Shown here: positions 22,456 to 34,682 of the stretch, one piece after another | Layout: the number at the start of each line of letters is the position of its first letter | Position numbering within the stretch: the first letter of the stretch is position 1 | NCBI RefSeq assembly: GCF_053078305.1 | Contig: NZ_CP166879.1 | DNA length: 64,000 nucleotides | Reading direction: 5' to 3' (one strand) | Translations under genes and position numbers: made by a program | Notes under the pieces: generated by a model | Databases searched by the model: none | Told to the model about the DNA's origin: nothing | The model's input: only the letters and a program-made list of their open reading frames with translations

Positions 22456-23271
22456 TTATGGATGTGCTTTCAGTCCCAACGCCGTGCTGATATCGCGGGC
22501 GGTGTCTCTGACCAGCTCACCCTGACTGACAAAACGGTCTTCTGTCAGTCTTGATGAAGGCCCGGAGATGGAGATAGCGGCAACAACACTACCCACATCA
22601 TCGTAAATTGCTGAAGCTATGCAATTCAGACCTACAACATGCTCTTCTTTATCTACGGTATAGCCCAGTTCACGCGCTTGTTCCAGGTCCTTCAGCAGGG
22701 TGGGCATATCCACAAGCGTAGTTGGCGTAAACTGCTGCAAACCGGTTTGCAGAATGATGCTCATCAACTCCTCTTCCGCCAGCGGATAAAGCAGCGCTTT
22801 GCCCGCACCGGAAGCATGCAGTGGCAGACGACTGCCCAGTGGCGCACACATCCTGACCATCGATTTACACTCTAACTGACCAATTAATACCGCTTCATTG
22901 CCGTTACGGATCGCGACATTGACCGTTTCGCCGGAAAGTAACATCAGGCGGCGCATAAACGGCCCGGCGACGGAGAGGACATCGCGGTTATGGATGTACG
23001 CTGCACCGACGTTAAAGACACCTAATCCTATATGCCACCAGCCTAACTGACTGTCCTGATAGACAAAATCCGCTGCCTGTAAAACCTTCAGCAAGCGAAA
23101 GGTCGTGGAGAGCGGCAAATCCAGATTGAGAGAAATATCGCTAACCGACGAACTTCCCCCACTTTTTTCCAGATATTGCAGAATCGCAATTCCCCGCTCT
23201 AATGCCTGTGCGCCCTTCTGTGCCACAGGCTCCGCCTGTCCTGGCCTGCCGCGCCGTCTAACTTCCGTCAT
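22456..23271 (-). CDS. allR: Allantoin/glyoxylate regulon repressor (IclR family)
   Basis: 271 aa IclR-type regulator. Confidence 0.95.
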
Positions 23272-23348
23272 ACCTACGTTAACTCCGACCTACAAGTGAG
23301 CATAAACAATGAACAATTAGTTTATCTTATGCAAGTCGGTTGCAGGCG

Positions 23349-23831
23349 TCACGCAAAACAGAGTTCCTGTTCAGGAATACTTTCAACATCACAGTTGTCA
23401 CTGCCGCCGCGATCGATGGTCAGAAAATCGGTGACGCGCTGCCAGGCGAAAAGTGGGTGATGCCAGACGTTACGATGGTAATTCACTCCCTGTTCGCCGT
23501 TGGTAATAAACGCCCGCAGGGTTGACAGGTCTGGTTTGTCGTCACCTAACGCCACGACCACCACAAACACCTCACCTTTCATCGGGATAAAGGCCTGAGT
23601 ACCCAGCGGATGACGTTCGAGTTCGTGAATGGTCAGCGGCAGATTCGCCGGTTGCGCGCGGTTAATGCTGATAAGCGTACGGTCTTGCTCAAGAATCTCA
23701 ACCAGCGCCAAATCGTGGTAACGCTCCACCAGGCCATTGTTAATATGGAAAAAATCCCGTTGCTGCGTTTCGATTACGTCGCCATAAGCACTAAAGGCTT
23801 CCTGACTTAACGGTAATACCTGAAGTTTCAT
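23349..23831 (-). CDS. allA: Ureidoglycolate lyase
   Basis: 160 aa cupin protein divergent from allS. Confidence 0.95.
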
Positions 23832-23936
23832 CTTTTTGTCCTTGTAACATAATTCCGTTCAACCAGCGCCGACCGGTCAGCTTGGTTTCAATAACAGGCA
23901 ATCTAAAACCTTAAGAGAACAACATCAACACAAAAG

Positions 23937-23953
23937 TTGGAATATTTTTCCAA
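23937..23953. promoter_or_regulatory. Candidate AllR operator in the allS-allA intergenic region
   Basis: ttggaatatttttccaa, same TTGGAA-N5-TTCCAA architecture as the gcl site. Confidence 0.5.
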
Positions 23954-24060
23954 AACTAGATTTAGTCCACAAATTGAACAGGGTTATCATGTAAAAATAC
24001 TGATAAATCAGAGGATAAGAAAATCACGCAACTTGCGGATTTAAAAGGGGATACCTGAAG

Positions 24061-24987
24061 ATGTTCGATCCAGAAACCTTGCGGACTTTCATTGCGGTTG
24101 CTGAAACAGGAAGTTTTTCAAAAGCGGCAGAACGATTATGTAAAACCACGGCGACGATCAGTTATCGCATTAAACTTCTGGAAGAGAATACCGGAGTAGC
24201 GCTGTTTTTCCGCACGACTCGCAGCGTGACGTTGACAGCAGCTGGCGAGCATCTACTTTCCCAGGCCAGAGACTGGCTGAGCTGGCTGGAAAGTATGCCC
24301 AGCGAGCTGCAACAGGTGAATGATGGCGTGGAACGCCAGGTGAATATTGTCATCAACAACCTGCTCTACAACCCCCAGGCCGTCGCCCAGTTGCTGGCGT
24401 GGCTGAATGAACGTTACCCCTTTACCCAGTTTCACATCTCCCGACAAATCTATATGGGCGTCTGGGACTCGCTATTGTACGAAGGTTTTTCGCTGGCTAT
24501 CGGCGTCACGGGAACCGAGGCGCTGGCAAATACCTTTAGTCTTGATCCCTTAGGATCGGTGCAATGGCGATTTGTCATGGCGGCGGATCATCCGCTGGCG
24601 AACGTTGAAGAGCCGCTAACAGAAGCGCAGTTGCGGCGCTTTCCGGCGGTCAATATTGAAGACAGCGCCCGCACCTTAACCAAACGCGTCGCCTGGCGAT
24701 TGCCAGGGCAAAAAGAGATTATTGTTCCTGATATGGAAACGAAAATTGCCGCCCATCTGGCGGGCGTTGGCATTGGTTTTTTGCCAAAATCGCTTTGCCA
24801 GTCAATGATCGATAATCAACAACTGGTCAGCCGGGTAATCCCAACGATGCGCCCTCCTTCGCCATTGAGTCTGGCATGGCGCAAATTTGGCAGCGGCAAA
24901 GCGGTAGAAGATATTGTGACCTTGTTTACCCAGCGCAGGCCGGAAATCAGCGGATTTTTAGAAATTTTCGGCAACCCACGCAGTTAA
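24061..24987 (+). CDS. allS: LysR-type activator of allDCE
   Basis: 308 aa LTTR with N-terminal HTH. Confidence 0.93.
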
Positions 24988-25040
24988 AAATCAAGTTTCC
25001 TTGCGCGTTGGCGCGTAAAATAGCGCGCAAGCTGATTTGA

Positions 25041-26150
<1,110 letters not shown>

Positions 26151-26265
26151 TGAGGGACGTATTTGTATTAGTCGCGACTTGATCTGACACATGGCCTTGA
26201 AAGGTTGAGAGTTACCGGTTTTGATATGAGTGTCGAATCCTTATCCAAAACAAGAGGTAACTCTC

Positions 26266-26637
26266 ATGCTTCATACTGCCAATCCCGTCATCAAACACAA
26301 AGCCGGTTTGCTCAATCTGGCTGAAGAACTCAGCAACGTATCAAAAGCCTGTAAAATCATGGGCGTTTCGCGTGATACGTTTTATCGTTACCGCGAACTG
26401 GTCGCTGAAGGCGGTGTGGATGCGCAGATTAATCGTAGTCGCCGCGCTCCTAACCTTAAGAACCGTACCGATGAGGCAACTGAACAGGCTGTTGTTGATT
26501 ACGCCGTCGCTTTCCCGACACATGGTCAGCACCGGGCCAGCAACGAACTGCGTAAACAGGGGGTTTTTATCTCCGACAGTGGTGTCCGTTCTGTCTGGTT
26601 ACTCCATAACCTTGAGAATCTCAAAAGACGATACTGA
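26266..26637 (+). mobile_element. Truncated transposase (N-terminal HTH fragment, integrase-core IS type), likely pseudogene
   Basis: 124 aa from ATG at 26266 with SD aagagg; HTH-like segment (MGVSRDTFYRYRELV) but no catalytic DDE domain. Confidence 0.5.
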
Positions 26638-26669
26638 ACAAATTTTATCAGGTGACGTTCCGTAAAAAG

Positions 26670-26786
26670 TTGTATGGAGTTCTCGATGCAGTCGGCGCGA
26701 CTATCAGTACCCCCGCTGAACCCTGGACTATCGGGCCGCCGTACTGGGGCATGTCACCCTGGCGTGCCGCTGGTTTTCCGCTAATG
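26670..26786 (-). pseudogene. Vestigial rhs 5' (PAAR N-terminal) remnant with mutated start codon
   Basis: About 120 bp with clear nucleotide similarity to the 5' end of the main rhs gene (31740-31838); encodes [25 protein letters not shown], with the start ATG changed to ATT, then stops after about 45 codons. Confidence 0.55.
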
Positions 26787-27151
26787 GTTTATTTCCTCTT
26801 TCTTTCCCGGCAAGAATTTATTTTAATCCGGAAGGATTATTTATTTTCAGATAGGGACTCACATTAAACACGTAACATTTTAATTAATGCATGGCTGAAT
26901 ATGTATTACACAATGTCAGATATCGTAAAAGACCAGTGCAATTCTATGTAAACTCTCTGACTGTTCATTTTATTTGTTGTTTCAGGGTCGGAACTCACCC
27001 TCAATAAACAACTGAATACGAGTAGATATTCATCGTCTGAGCTATATGGCTTTACACAATAGTCGACATGTCTTTTCTCAGTCAGGAATTTTACTTTTCC
27101 TCACTACGAAGTTGACGACTTCGATATGGGATAGACTCTTAATTCAAGCAA

Positions 27152-27643
27152 TTACTCTGCACAAGCATCAGGCAATCCAGCTCCAATATTTGTTATAAAA
27201 TAATGCGTAACATTAATTTCACCAACAAAAAAAAGATTTACGCTATCCCCTTGCCCTGGTATTTTACCATATTTACACCACACTTTTTTTGTATCTGGAT
27301 CATTCTTTGATACGATTTTCGCCACTTGTTCCCTGGCCCTCACCGTCAATGTTTTCTTAAACCTCCCCCCATCATCGATTGTTAGGGAAAAATAAGAAAA
27401 AAAATAATCATCTTCTACATTTGTGGATATTGATATATCCACCGCTACGTGCGGAAAAAAATCTGGGAGCCATGTAAAAACTCCATCATTTTCTGGTATT
27501 GCCATATAGTTTATGTAATGCTTACTTACAAGAGATTCATCTTTGTGTAAATAAAGATAAGTAGTCACGCATAAAAAAACAACGATTATAATAGCAAAAA
27601 TAAATATTACCATCTTTGAGATGTTACTTGAGATAGCCAGCAT
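27152..27643 (-). CDS. Putative Rhs immunity protein (membrane-anchored)
   Basis: 163 aa ORF whose ATG overlaps the last codons of rhs; N-terminal TM helix ([22 protein letters not shown]); alternative start at 27613. Confidence 0.6.
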   Translation of the reverse strand: MLAISSNISKMVIFIFAIIIVVFLCVTTYLYLHKDESLVSKHYINYMAIPENDGVFTWLPDFFPHVAVDISISTNVEDDYFFSYFSLTIDDGGRFKKTLTVRAREQVAKIVSKNDPDTKKVWCKYGKIPGQGDSVNLFFVGEINVTHYFITNIGAGLPDACAE

Positions 27644-30600
27644 CTTGTAAAGCCTTTATCGTTTTTTTATGCTCTGGATTAATATAATCAATACATCTAT
27701 TTGAGCAATCTTGTGTTAATGGACATGTCAACCCATGTTCATTTACAGCCAAGTCTTTTTTATTATCTTCAATCATCTCAGAATGGGATAACTTTACTTT
27801 TCTGCCGTACATACCGAACATATTTAACCCGTAATCTCTAATCTCTTTTTCATAACCCAGCCCTTTCGCCGATCGGCTAACACCAGCGTCATTTAATTTA
27901 GACACTCGACAAAATGCCATACAATGGAAAAATTGATCAGTCCCACCTAAATTTAATCTCTTCATATCATCATAAGTATCAGATAATATATCCCATGCTC
28001 TTTGATGGTTTAGTTGTTCTTTTTTTCGCATTAACGCTACATCTGCAGGACTTAACCCTAATGGATCAATACCATTCACCGGATTCAGCGGATACGCATA
28101 CAGACTCCATCCCCCCGCCAGCCCAATCGGGTCCTGAGTAATATATCGTCCCAGCAACGGATTGTAGTACCGGTTCCGGTTATAATACAGCCCCGACTCC
28201 TCATCATACTGCTGCCCCGGCAGCCGGTACGGCTGGTGCAGGTGATGCGGGTTCTCCTCATTCAGCTGGTTGCCCCATTCATCATACTCCCCGCTCCACG
28301 CCGTATTGCCGTCTTCGCTGATGAGCGCCAGCGGCAGGCCCCGGTGGTCGCAGTGGTAAAGATGAACTTTTCTCGCCGGTGTGTATTCCGGCTCCACCTG
28401 TCTGGCCAGTTGCTCCACCGTCAGCCCGCACTGCGCAAGCCACGCCCGGCTTTCACTGCTCACGCGGTCTGCCCGGATTTCCCCCTCCAGCCTGTCCAGC
28501 AGCCCCACCAGTTCAGCCGGGAACACCACACCGTGGCCGTCTTCGCTCCCTTCCTGCTGCAGCTTCTCCGCCAGGCTGCGGCACTGCGCTTTCTCCCGTT
28601 CACCGTTGTCTGTTTCGATGCGGATGAGCGGCGCGAAGCTCCCCGGCTGGTATACCGTCTGGATACGCGTGGTGTCGGTCTGTACCGTCGTCAGCCGGTC
28701 GCCGTCCCATCCGTACCACGTCACCTCCGGTTTACGCGACAGCGACATCCATCCCGTCAGGTCACGCCCGCGACGCCACACCCGTTTTCCCGTCCGGCGG
28801 CCCAGCGGGTCGTAGAGGTAGCGGCTCTCGACCAGTGGCTCCTCATGCTGTATCCGCGTGTAAAACACCAGCCGGTGCTGGCTGTCGTAGTGGTAGTGGT
28901 GGGTCCGCTCGTCGTCCGTCCGTATCACACCCGTCGGGATGCGGTCCGTCTTCTCCGTCAGCCTGCCGTATTCATCGTAACGGTACAGGTAATGCGCGTC
29001 TTTGGTGATGCGGTTATCCGGCCACGCCGTGAGCGTGCTGTCCGGGTGCAGCTCCGGGTCCGGCAGGCGGTTGCCCGCCGGGTCGGTCGCATACGGGATG
29101 CGGATGTCCAGGTCCGGTGCGAGGGTGCGCACGCTCTCCAGCCTGCCCGTGGCGCTGTAGCCGTATTCCCGCGTCTGCCGGGGGGCGCTGATGCGCACCA
29201 GGTCGCCGTTGTCATTCCACCCGTAGTCACGGTCATATACCAGGCTGTTCAGGTGCTGGCTCTGTAACTGGCCTGCGGGGGTGTATGTGCTGGTCAGTTC
29301 GTATGCGGCATTACTGCCTGCCATGCTGCCGAAGCTGCGCACCGTCTCACGGTGCAGCCTGTCCCGCGTATACTCGACCAGCGGCGTCCCGCCCAGCTTC
29401 ATTCCCGCCAGGTAACCGCTGCCATACGTCAGCCACTCCACCGGCGGCAGGCTGTCCGGCGTGACGCGGTTTGCCAGCCCCTGTTCGTTGTATGCGTGTT
29501 TCGTCTCATGCTGCCACAGCAGTTCCCCCGTCTCCGGGTTCTCCACCGTCTGGCGTTCGCCGGTCAGGCGGCCCTTATCGTCGTAGCCGTAGTGGGCAGC
29601 GACACGGTGGCCTTCACTGAGATGGCTGATGTCTGTCAGCCAGCCGTGGCCGTCATACTGCCACTGCTCTGCCGGTTCACCGTTTACCGTGCGGTGAGTG
29701 ATACGGTCCGATTCATCGTAGTACCAGAGGATGACAAGTCCCTCATCCTCACTCTGTGTGAGTTTTCCGGTCAGGTCATAATGATAACGTTGCGTCCGCC
29801 CGTCAAAGCCGCCCTGCTGTACCAGCCGGTCCAGCGCATCGTAACTGAAGACGCTGTGGCTGCCGTTCTCGTTGGTCAGGCTGATGACACGTCCGGCAGC
29901 ATCGTACTCCATACTGCGCGTCAGCCCGCCCTGCGTGGTGCTGACCGCCTTTCCCCACGCATCGTACTGTGTCTCGCTCCGGTTGCCGTCCGGGGTGATA
30001 ACGGCAGTCAGGTCGCCTGCGGCGTTGTATTCATACCGCGTTTCACGGCCCTGTGCGTCTTTCACCGAGGTTAACCGGCCACGGTTGTCATAGCGGCGGT
30101 AAAGGCTGATGCCTTCCTCGCGGTGGACCGCCGTCATCTGGCCGAAGCGGTCGTATTCATAACGGGTCTGGTAGCCCGAGCAGTCGGTGAACGCCAGCAA
30201 CTGACCGTAGCGGCTCCACGTCATCTGCCGGGTGCTGCCCGTCGCATCTGTTGTTGTGGCCGGTAATTCACTGTGCGCATCATCATAGCGGTAGCGTACT
30301 GTCTCCCCGCTGCGCGATGTCTCCGTTACCAGCCTGTCCAGTTCATCATATGCCCGGCGGCTCTCCAGCCCGTCCGGGGACACCACCGCCGTCAGCTGGT
30401 TCCCGTCGTTATAGTAAAATTTCGTCTCCCGCCCGTCCGGTGTGGTGATGTCCGTGATGTCGCCTGACACCACATTCAGACCGTACTCTGTCCGCCGTCC
30501 CGCCGCGTCCGTCTGCGCCGTGAGCCTTCCTGCCGCGTCATACCCGCTGTGCGTGATGCTGCCGTCCGCCTGTTCCTTCATCACCACCCGTTTCAGCCCG

Positions 30601-31838
30601 GCCTCGCCTTCTGTATGCAGCACCTCACGCCGGTTCAGGCTGTCTGTGACGGTGATGCGGTCCTGCTCATACTGGTAGCAGTAACTCAGGCCTGCCGGGT
30701 TTAGTTGCTCCACCACCCGCCCCGCATCGTCGTAGCGGTAGCGCATCTCCGGCCTTCCCGCGTAACGGTGCGCCACCATCCGCCCGGGGTGCTGCGCGTC
30801 ATATGTGAAAGCGCGCACCTGCGTATTGCTGCGGTCATATACCGCCAGCAGTTCACCGGCCTCCGTATACGTGTACCGCGCCAGTGGCGCACCGGGCAGA
30901 TTCTCCGGGTATGCCGGGTCGTGCATCAGCCACACCGCCGAAAGGCGGATACCCCTGTCGGGGCCGTATTCGGTACCGGGCAGTGTGTCGGGGAACGCTG
31001 AGTCTGAAAGAGGGCGGGGGGTGTCAGGGGAAGATAAGGAAGCGGTGTGCTGTTTACGGGCCTCTTCCGCCCGCTGCGCCTGCGTGGTCAGCACCAGACG
31101 GAACTCCCGCCCGGCACCGTCCGTCACGCCGGTGATGTCCCCGGCCAGGTCGCCTGCGGCCTCACGCCGGTACACCAGCGTCCGCCCGAAGCGGTCCGCC
31201 ATCCCGGTAAGCACCCGGTACGGCGGCAGCGGCGCTGGCAGTACGTCCTCAGCACCCGGCACCCGCTCAGACCACCCCAGTATCCACCACGGCCCCTGTG
31301 CGCTGTTGGTCGCCAGGTAAAGATGCGGGCTTAACCGGATATCCGGCGGCAGCGACGCCCACAGCCGTGCCAGCGTATGGCCGTCCGGCTGTGCTGCCTT
31401 ACCACCGCGCACCAGCCACAGGGACTCGCTGCGGCTGTACACCGCCTCACCCGGCAGCAGCGGCTCAAAGTGAATGCTCCGTCCGCCGTCGTTGTCGTTG
31501 AGTACCAGTGCATCATCGCGTAGCTGTAAGCGGATATCAGAAGGCGCTTTCCAGCCGGGGCCAAAAATCCCCACCGGTGCAGGCGTCTTCGTCCGGTAGC
31601 TGCTGTAGGTGCGGGAGAGAATGAACGGCAGCGGGCCGGGCAGCGCAAGGTCCGTCTCGCCGGGCAGCACCTTCGCCCCCAGCAGCGGATTTACCGGGTT
31701 GCCCGAAGTCATCCCGCCCGGACACACCGAGCACGACACGCCAGTTGGCGCGCCAATTCTTACACCTGCCGAACCCTGGACAATGGGACCGCCATACTGA
31801 GTCATATCTCCCTGACGCGCCGCTGGTTTTCCGCTCAT
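27624..31838 (-). CDS. rhsD: Rhs-family polymorphic toxin (PAAR N-terminus, YD-repeat shell, C-terminal toxin)
   Basis: 1404 aa with PAAR-like N-terminus ([25 protein letters not shown]), many YD/RHS repeats, and DPxGL boundary ([10 protein letters not shown]) before a roughly 150 aa C-terminal tip. Gene symbol is by synteny only; the tip may differ from K-12. Confidence 0.92.
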   Translation of the reverse strand: MSGKPAARQGDMTQYGGPIVQGSAGVRIGAPTGVSCSVCPGGMTSGNPVNPLLGAKVLPGETDLALPGPLPFILSRTYSSYRTKTPAPVGIFGPGWKAPSDIRLQLRDDALVLNDNDGGRSIHFEPLLPGEAVYSRSESLWLVRGGKAAQPDGHTLARLWASLPPDIRLSPHLYLATNSAQGPWWILGWSERVPGAEDVLPAPLPPYRVLTGMADRFGRTLVYRREAAGDLAGDITGVTDGAGREFRLVLTTQAQRAEEARKQHTASLSSPDTPRPLSDSAFPDTLPGTEYGPDRGIRLSAVWLMHDPAYPENLPGAPLARYTYTEAGELLAVYDRSNTQVRAFTYDAQHPGRMVAHRYAGRPEMRYRYDDAGRVVEQLNPAGLSYCYQYEQDRITVTDSLNRREVLHTEGEAGLKRVVMKEQADGSITHSGYDAAGRLTAQTDAAGRRTEYGLNVVSGDITDITTPDGRETKFYYNDGNQLTAVVSPDGLESRRAYDELDRLVTETSRSGETVRYRYDDAHSELPATTTDATGSTRQMTWSRYGQLLAFTDCSGYQTRYEYDRFGQMTAVHREEGISLYRRYDNRGRLTSVKDAQGRETRYEYNAAGDLTAVITPDGNRSETQYDAWGKAVSTTQGGLTRSMEYDAAGRVISLTNENGSHSVFSYDALDRLVQQGGFDGRTQRYHYDLTGKLTQSEDEGLVILWYYDESDRITHRTVNGEPAEQWQYDGHGWLTDISHLSEGHRVAAHYGYDDKGRLTGERQTVENPETGELLWQHETKHAYNEQGLANRVTPDSLPPVEWLTYGSGYLAGMKLGGTPLVEYTRDRLHRETVRSFGSMAGSNAAYELTSTYTPAGQLQSQHLNSLVYDRDYGWNDNGDLVRISAPRQTREYGYSATGRLESVRTLAPDLDIRIPYATDPAGNRLPDPELHPDSTLTAWPDNRITKDAHYLYRYDEYGRLTEKTDRIPTGVIRTDDERTHHYHYDSQHRLVFYTRIQHEEPLVESRYLYDPLGRRTGKRVWRRGRDLTGWMSLSRKPEVTWYGWDGDRLTTVQTDTTRIQTVYQPGSFAPLIRIETDNGEREKAQCRSLAEKLQQEGSEDGHGVVFPAELVGLLDRLEGEIRADRVSSESRAWLAQCGLTVEQLARQVEPEYTPARKVHLYHCDHRGLPLALISEDGNTAWSGEYDEWGNQLNEENPHHLHQPYRLPGQQYDEESGLYYNRNRYYNPLLGRYITQDPIGLAGGWSLYAYPLNPVNGIDPLGLSPADVALMRKKEQLNHQRAWDILSDTYDDMKRLNLGGTDQFFHCMAFCRVSKLNDAGVSRSAKGLGYEKEIRDYGLNMFGMYGRKVKLSHSEMIEDNKKDLAVNEHGLTCPLTQDCSNRCIDYINPEHKKTIKALQDAGYLK

Positions 31839-32267
31839 ATAAAGTGCCCTTTTAGTTATTGTTCATATCCCTGTGTTAGCAACAAAAAAAAATAAAATGA
31901 CACACAAGACCAACTAATGTATTTATATATTTTTCACATAAACTTATTTGTTCTCAATCAACAACAACTGTTATTACAGGTCACTTTCAATATTTTATTA
32001 AACTAAAATTTTTAGCACAGATGAATTCATCATCAACAAATTCACTATATGGATAATATCCATTCAACGCATATGATTTATGATTTTATTAGTCTGAGTT
32101 ATTTTTGTAGGGCTATATTTAAATTATTAAACTCCACCGATTCAGATTAATATCAGCAATAGAAAGATAGGAAATCACCAATTCAATAACATCATCAATG
32201 AAACATATTGTAGAATTAATTTAAACAAGGCGTTCCATTCAACCAGAACGCCCCTTATTTACTCTCA

Positions 32268-34682
32268 TCACCCCGCAAACTGCCTGAACAGCGCCTTACC
32301 CTTAACCAGTCTCGCGCCCAGCCAGCCGCCGAAAAGCGACAGCAGCAGCGCACCGCTGCACGGCAGAACAATCCACAATCGCCAGTCTGGCTCCCACGGA
32401 AAATCAAACACTTTCGCCTGCAACACTGCCAGCGCCGTTTCCGCACCAATTGCGGCCACCAGGCCGGAAACAAACCCAAGCATGGCGAACTCACACCACA
32501 ACGTGGTACGCAGCAGTTTTTTCCCCGCACCGAGTGTGCGCCACACCACCAGCTCCTGATGACGCTGACGCATTCCCACCTGCACCTGTGCCAGCAACAG
32601 CAACATACCGCAGGCGGTGACCAGCACCACCATCACCTCCAGCGCCCGACTTACCTGCTCCAGCACCTGACCGACCTGTTTTAAAATCGCGCCAATGTCT
32701 AACAGGCTAATGGTAGGGAACTGGCGGTTGAGTTGCGTCAACATGCCGTTGCCATTCTCACAGCGGAAACTGGTAAGCCAGCTCTGCGGTTGCCCGTCTA
32801 ATGCCCCTTCAGGGAAAATAAAATAGAAATTAGGCCGCAAACTTTCCCAGTCCACTTTGCGCAGGCTGGTCACTTTAGCGCGGAACTCCTGGGTATCGCC
32901 CATAAAAGTCACGGTATCGCCGAGGGTAACGTTTAAGCGTTTCGCCAGCCCCTCTTCCATCGACACTTCATCAGCTTTTGGCGGCCAGTTACCGGCGACA
33001 ATCGGATTATGATCGGGCCGCGTATTTTGCCAGGTAAGATTGAGTTCGCGGTTGAGCGCCTCATCTTCATTGCCTTCTGTCGGCTTGCCGTTAATCGCCG
33101 TCAGCCGCGCTCGCACCACCGGATAAAACGATTCCGAGACTATCTGATGTTCCGCGAGGAACGCTTTTAGCGGCGTAACCTGTTCTGTGGCGATGTTGAT
33201 TAAAAAGTAGTTCGGGCTTTCTGGCGGTAGCTGTTGTTGCCAGCGGTCTAGCAGATCGCCACGCAACACCAGCAGCAGCGCCAGCAGCATAAAGGAGAGC
33301 GAAAAAGCTGAAAGCTGGCTTAACGTTGACCACGGCTGACGTAACAGGCGGCTAACCGCCAGGCGCAGAGGCAGCGATTTCAGCGTCATGCGGCGAAGTA
33401 CATTCAGCAGCATCCAGCCCAGCACACCGCACAGCAAAGCCAGTACTACCGCGCCCGCCAGCACCGCCCAGAGCAGCATACTGCCGCCCATTAATCCGGC
33501 AAGCAGCAGCACAACCACCACACTGACAATCGGCAGATAAAACTTCAGCGGCCAGACGTTCGCTACCACATCATTACGTAATACGCGTAAAGGCTGCGTT
33601 GCCAGCAACAAGCGGTACGGTCGTAGCCCCACCAGCAGCGAGATGACTGTCATGGTGCCAAGCGCCCACAGCCACGGCCAGAGACTGGCAGGCGGTAGTG
33701 CAGCAGGCAGAACGGGCTTGAGCAGCACCATCAACACGTTTTCGAACAACAGGCCTATCGCCCCACCGGTAACGGCTGAAAGCGCCAGCACCATCAACCA
33801 CTGACCGACGATTAGCTTACGCAGTTGCGCTCGCCCTGCCCCCAGCGTTTTGAGGATCGCCACCAGATCGTAGCGACTGCGACAGTAATGATTCATCGCT
33901 ACCGCCACTGCTGCCACTGCCAGCAGCAAGGTCAGAAGCGCCGAAAGCAGCAGGAACTGTTGCGAGCGTTCCATCGATCGCCCCAGCGCGCCTTCGTCCT
34001 GTTCCAGACCGTACCAGCGTTGTTCGGGTTTAAGCTGAGGTAACAACCATTTCTCATAGCTGTCGAGCTGGTTCTCGCTGCCGCCGAATTTATAACGCCA
34101 GGTGACCCGACTCCCCGGCTGCACGGCTCCGGTTTTATCGACATCAGCCAGATTCATCATTAGACGCGGAGCCATCTGGAAGGGGTTAAAACCGGAATCC
34201 GGTTCCTGAATCACTTCTCCGGCAATCCGCAAGGTGGCATCGCCCACGTCAATGGTGTCGCCCGTTTTCAGGTTAAGCAGTGCCATCAGGCGTGGGGCCA
34301 GCAATACGCTGCCCGCCTGCGGTTTCAGGCCAGGGGGATTGGTTTGCAGATCGCCATACATCGGGTAGATATCATCCACCGCTTTGACGTTCGCCAGCTG
34401 CGGTGTGTCGCCTGCAAATGTCATGGTGGCGAAAGTCAGCTGCTTGCCGACTTTCAGGCCGCGCTTTTGCGCTTCCTCCAGCCATGCTTGCGGCACTTCG
34501 CGCGAACTGCGCAACGCCCGATCGCCCGCCATAAACTCCCGGCTTTGTTGGCTTAAGCCCTTCTCCATGCGATCGCTGATATTGCCCAGCGCCAGCACGC
34601 AGGCCACCGCCAGGCTTAGCGCCAGCCAGACAATTAATAGCGACGGCGAACGCCATTCGCGCCAGAACCAGCGTGCAATCAT
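32268..34682 (-). CDS. ybbP: ABC transporter permease (FtsX/MacB-like)
   Basis: 804 aa polytopic permease; start overlaps the ybbA stop. Confidence 0.92.
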   Translation of the reverse strand: MIARWFWREWRSPSLLIVWLALSLAVACVLALGNISDRMEKGLSQQSREFMAGDRALRSSREVPQAWLEEAQKRGLKVGKQLTFATMTFAGDTPQLANVKAVDDIYPMYGDLQTNPPGLKPQAGSVLLAPRLMALLNLKTGDTIDVGDATLRIAGEVIQEPDSGFNPFQMAPRLMMNLADVDKTGAVQPGSRVTWRYKFGGSENQLDSYEKWLLPQLKPEQRWYGLEQDEGALGRSMERSQQFLLLSALLTLLLAVAAVAVAMNHYCRSRYDLVAILKTLGAGRAQLRKLIVGQWLMVLALSAVTGGAIGLLFENVLMVLLKPVLPAALPPASLWPWLWALGTMTVISLLVGLRPYRLLLATQPLRVLRNDVVANVWPLKFYLPIVSVVVVLLLAGLMGGSMLLWAVLAGAVVLALLCGVLGWMLLNVLRRMTLKSLPLRLAVSRLLRQPWSTLSQLSAFSLSFMLLALLLVLRGDLLDRWQQQLPPESPNYFLINIATEQVTPLKAFLAEHQIVSESFYPVVRARLTAINGKPTEGNEDEALNRELNLTWQNTRPDHNPIVAGNWPPKADEVSMEEGLAKRLNVTLGDTVTFMGDTQEFRAKVTSLRKVDWESLRPNFYFIFPEGALDGQPQSWLTSFRCENGNGMLTQLNRQFPTISLLDIGAILKQVGQVLEQVSRALEVMVVLVTACGMLLLLAQVQVGMRQRHQELVVWRTLGAGKKLLRTTLWCEFAMLGFVSGLVAAIGAETALAVLQAKVFDFPWEPDWRLWIVLPCSGALLLSLFGGWLGARLVKGKALFRQFAG

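Noticed and set aside
22367-22456. 30-codon N-terminal extension of gcl in the ORF track
   Set aside because: The extension lacks similarity to Gcl, spans the allR terminator and the candidate AllR operator, and the conserved N-terminus begins at the ATG at 22366.
26652-26867. 71 aa plus-strand ORF downstream of the transposase fragment
   Set aside because: It is the antisense reading of the rhs 5' remnant, which explains the sequence conservation better than a new gene.
27914-31800. Plus- and minus-strand ORFs overlapping rhs (e.g. 28236-29267, 29352-30074, 30805-31320)
   Set aside because: Alternative-frame or antisense artefacts within the GC-rich rhs core; the 1404 aa Rhs frame with recognisable motifs explains the region.
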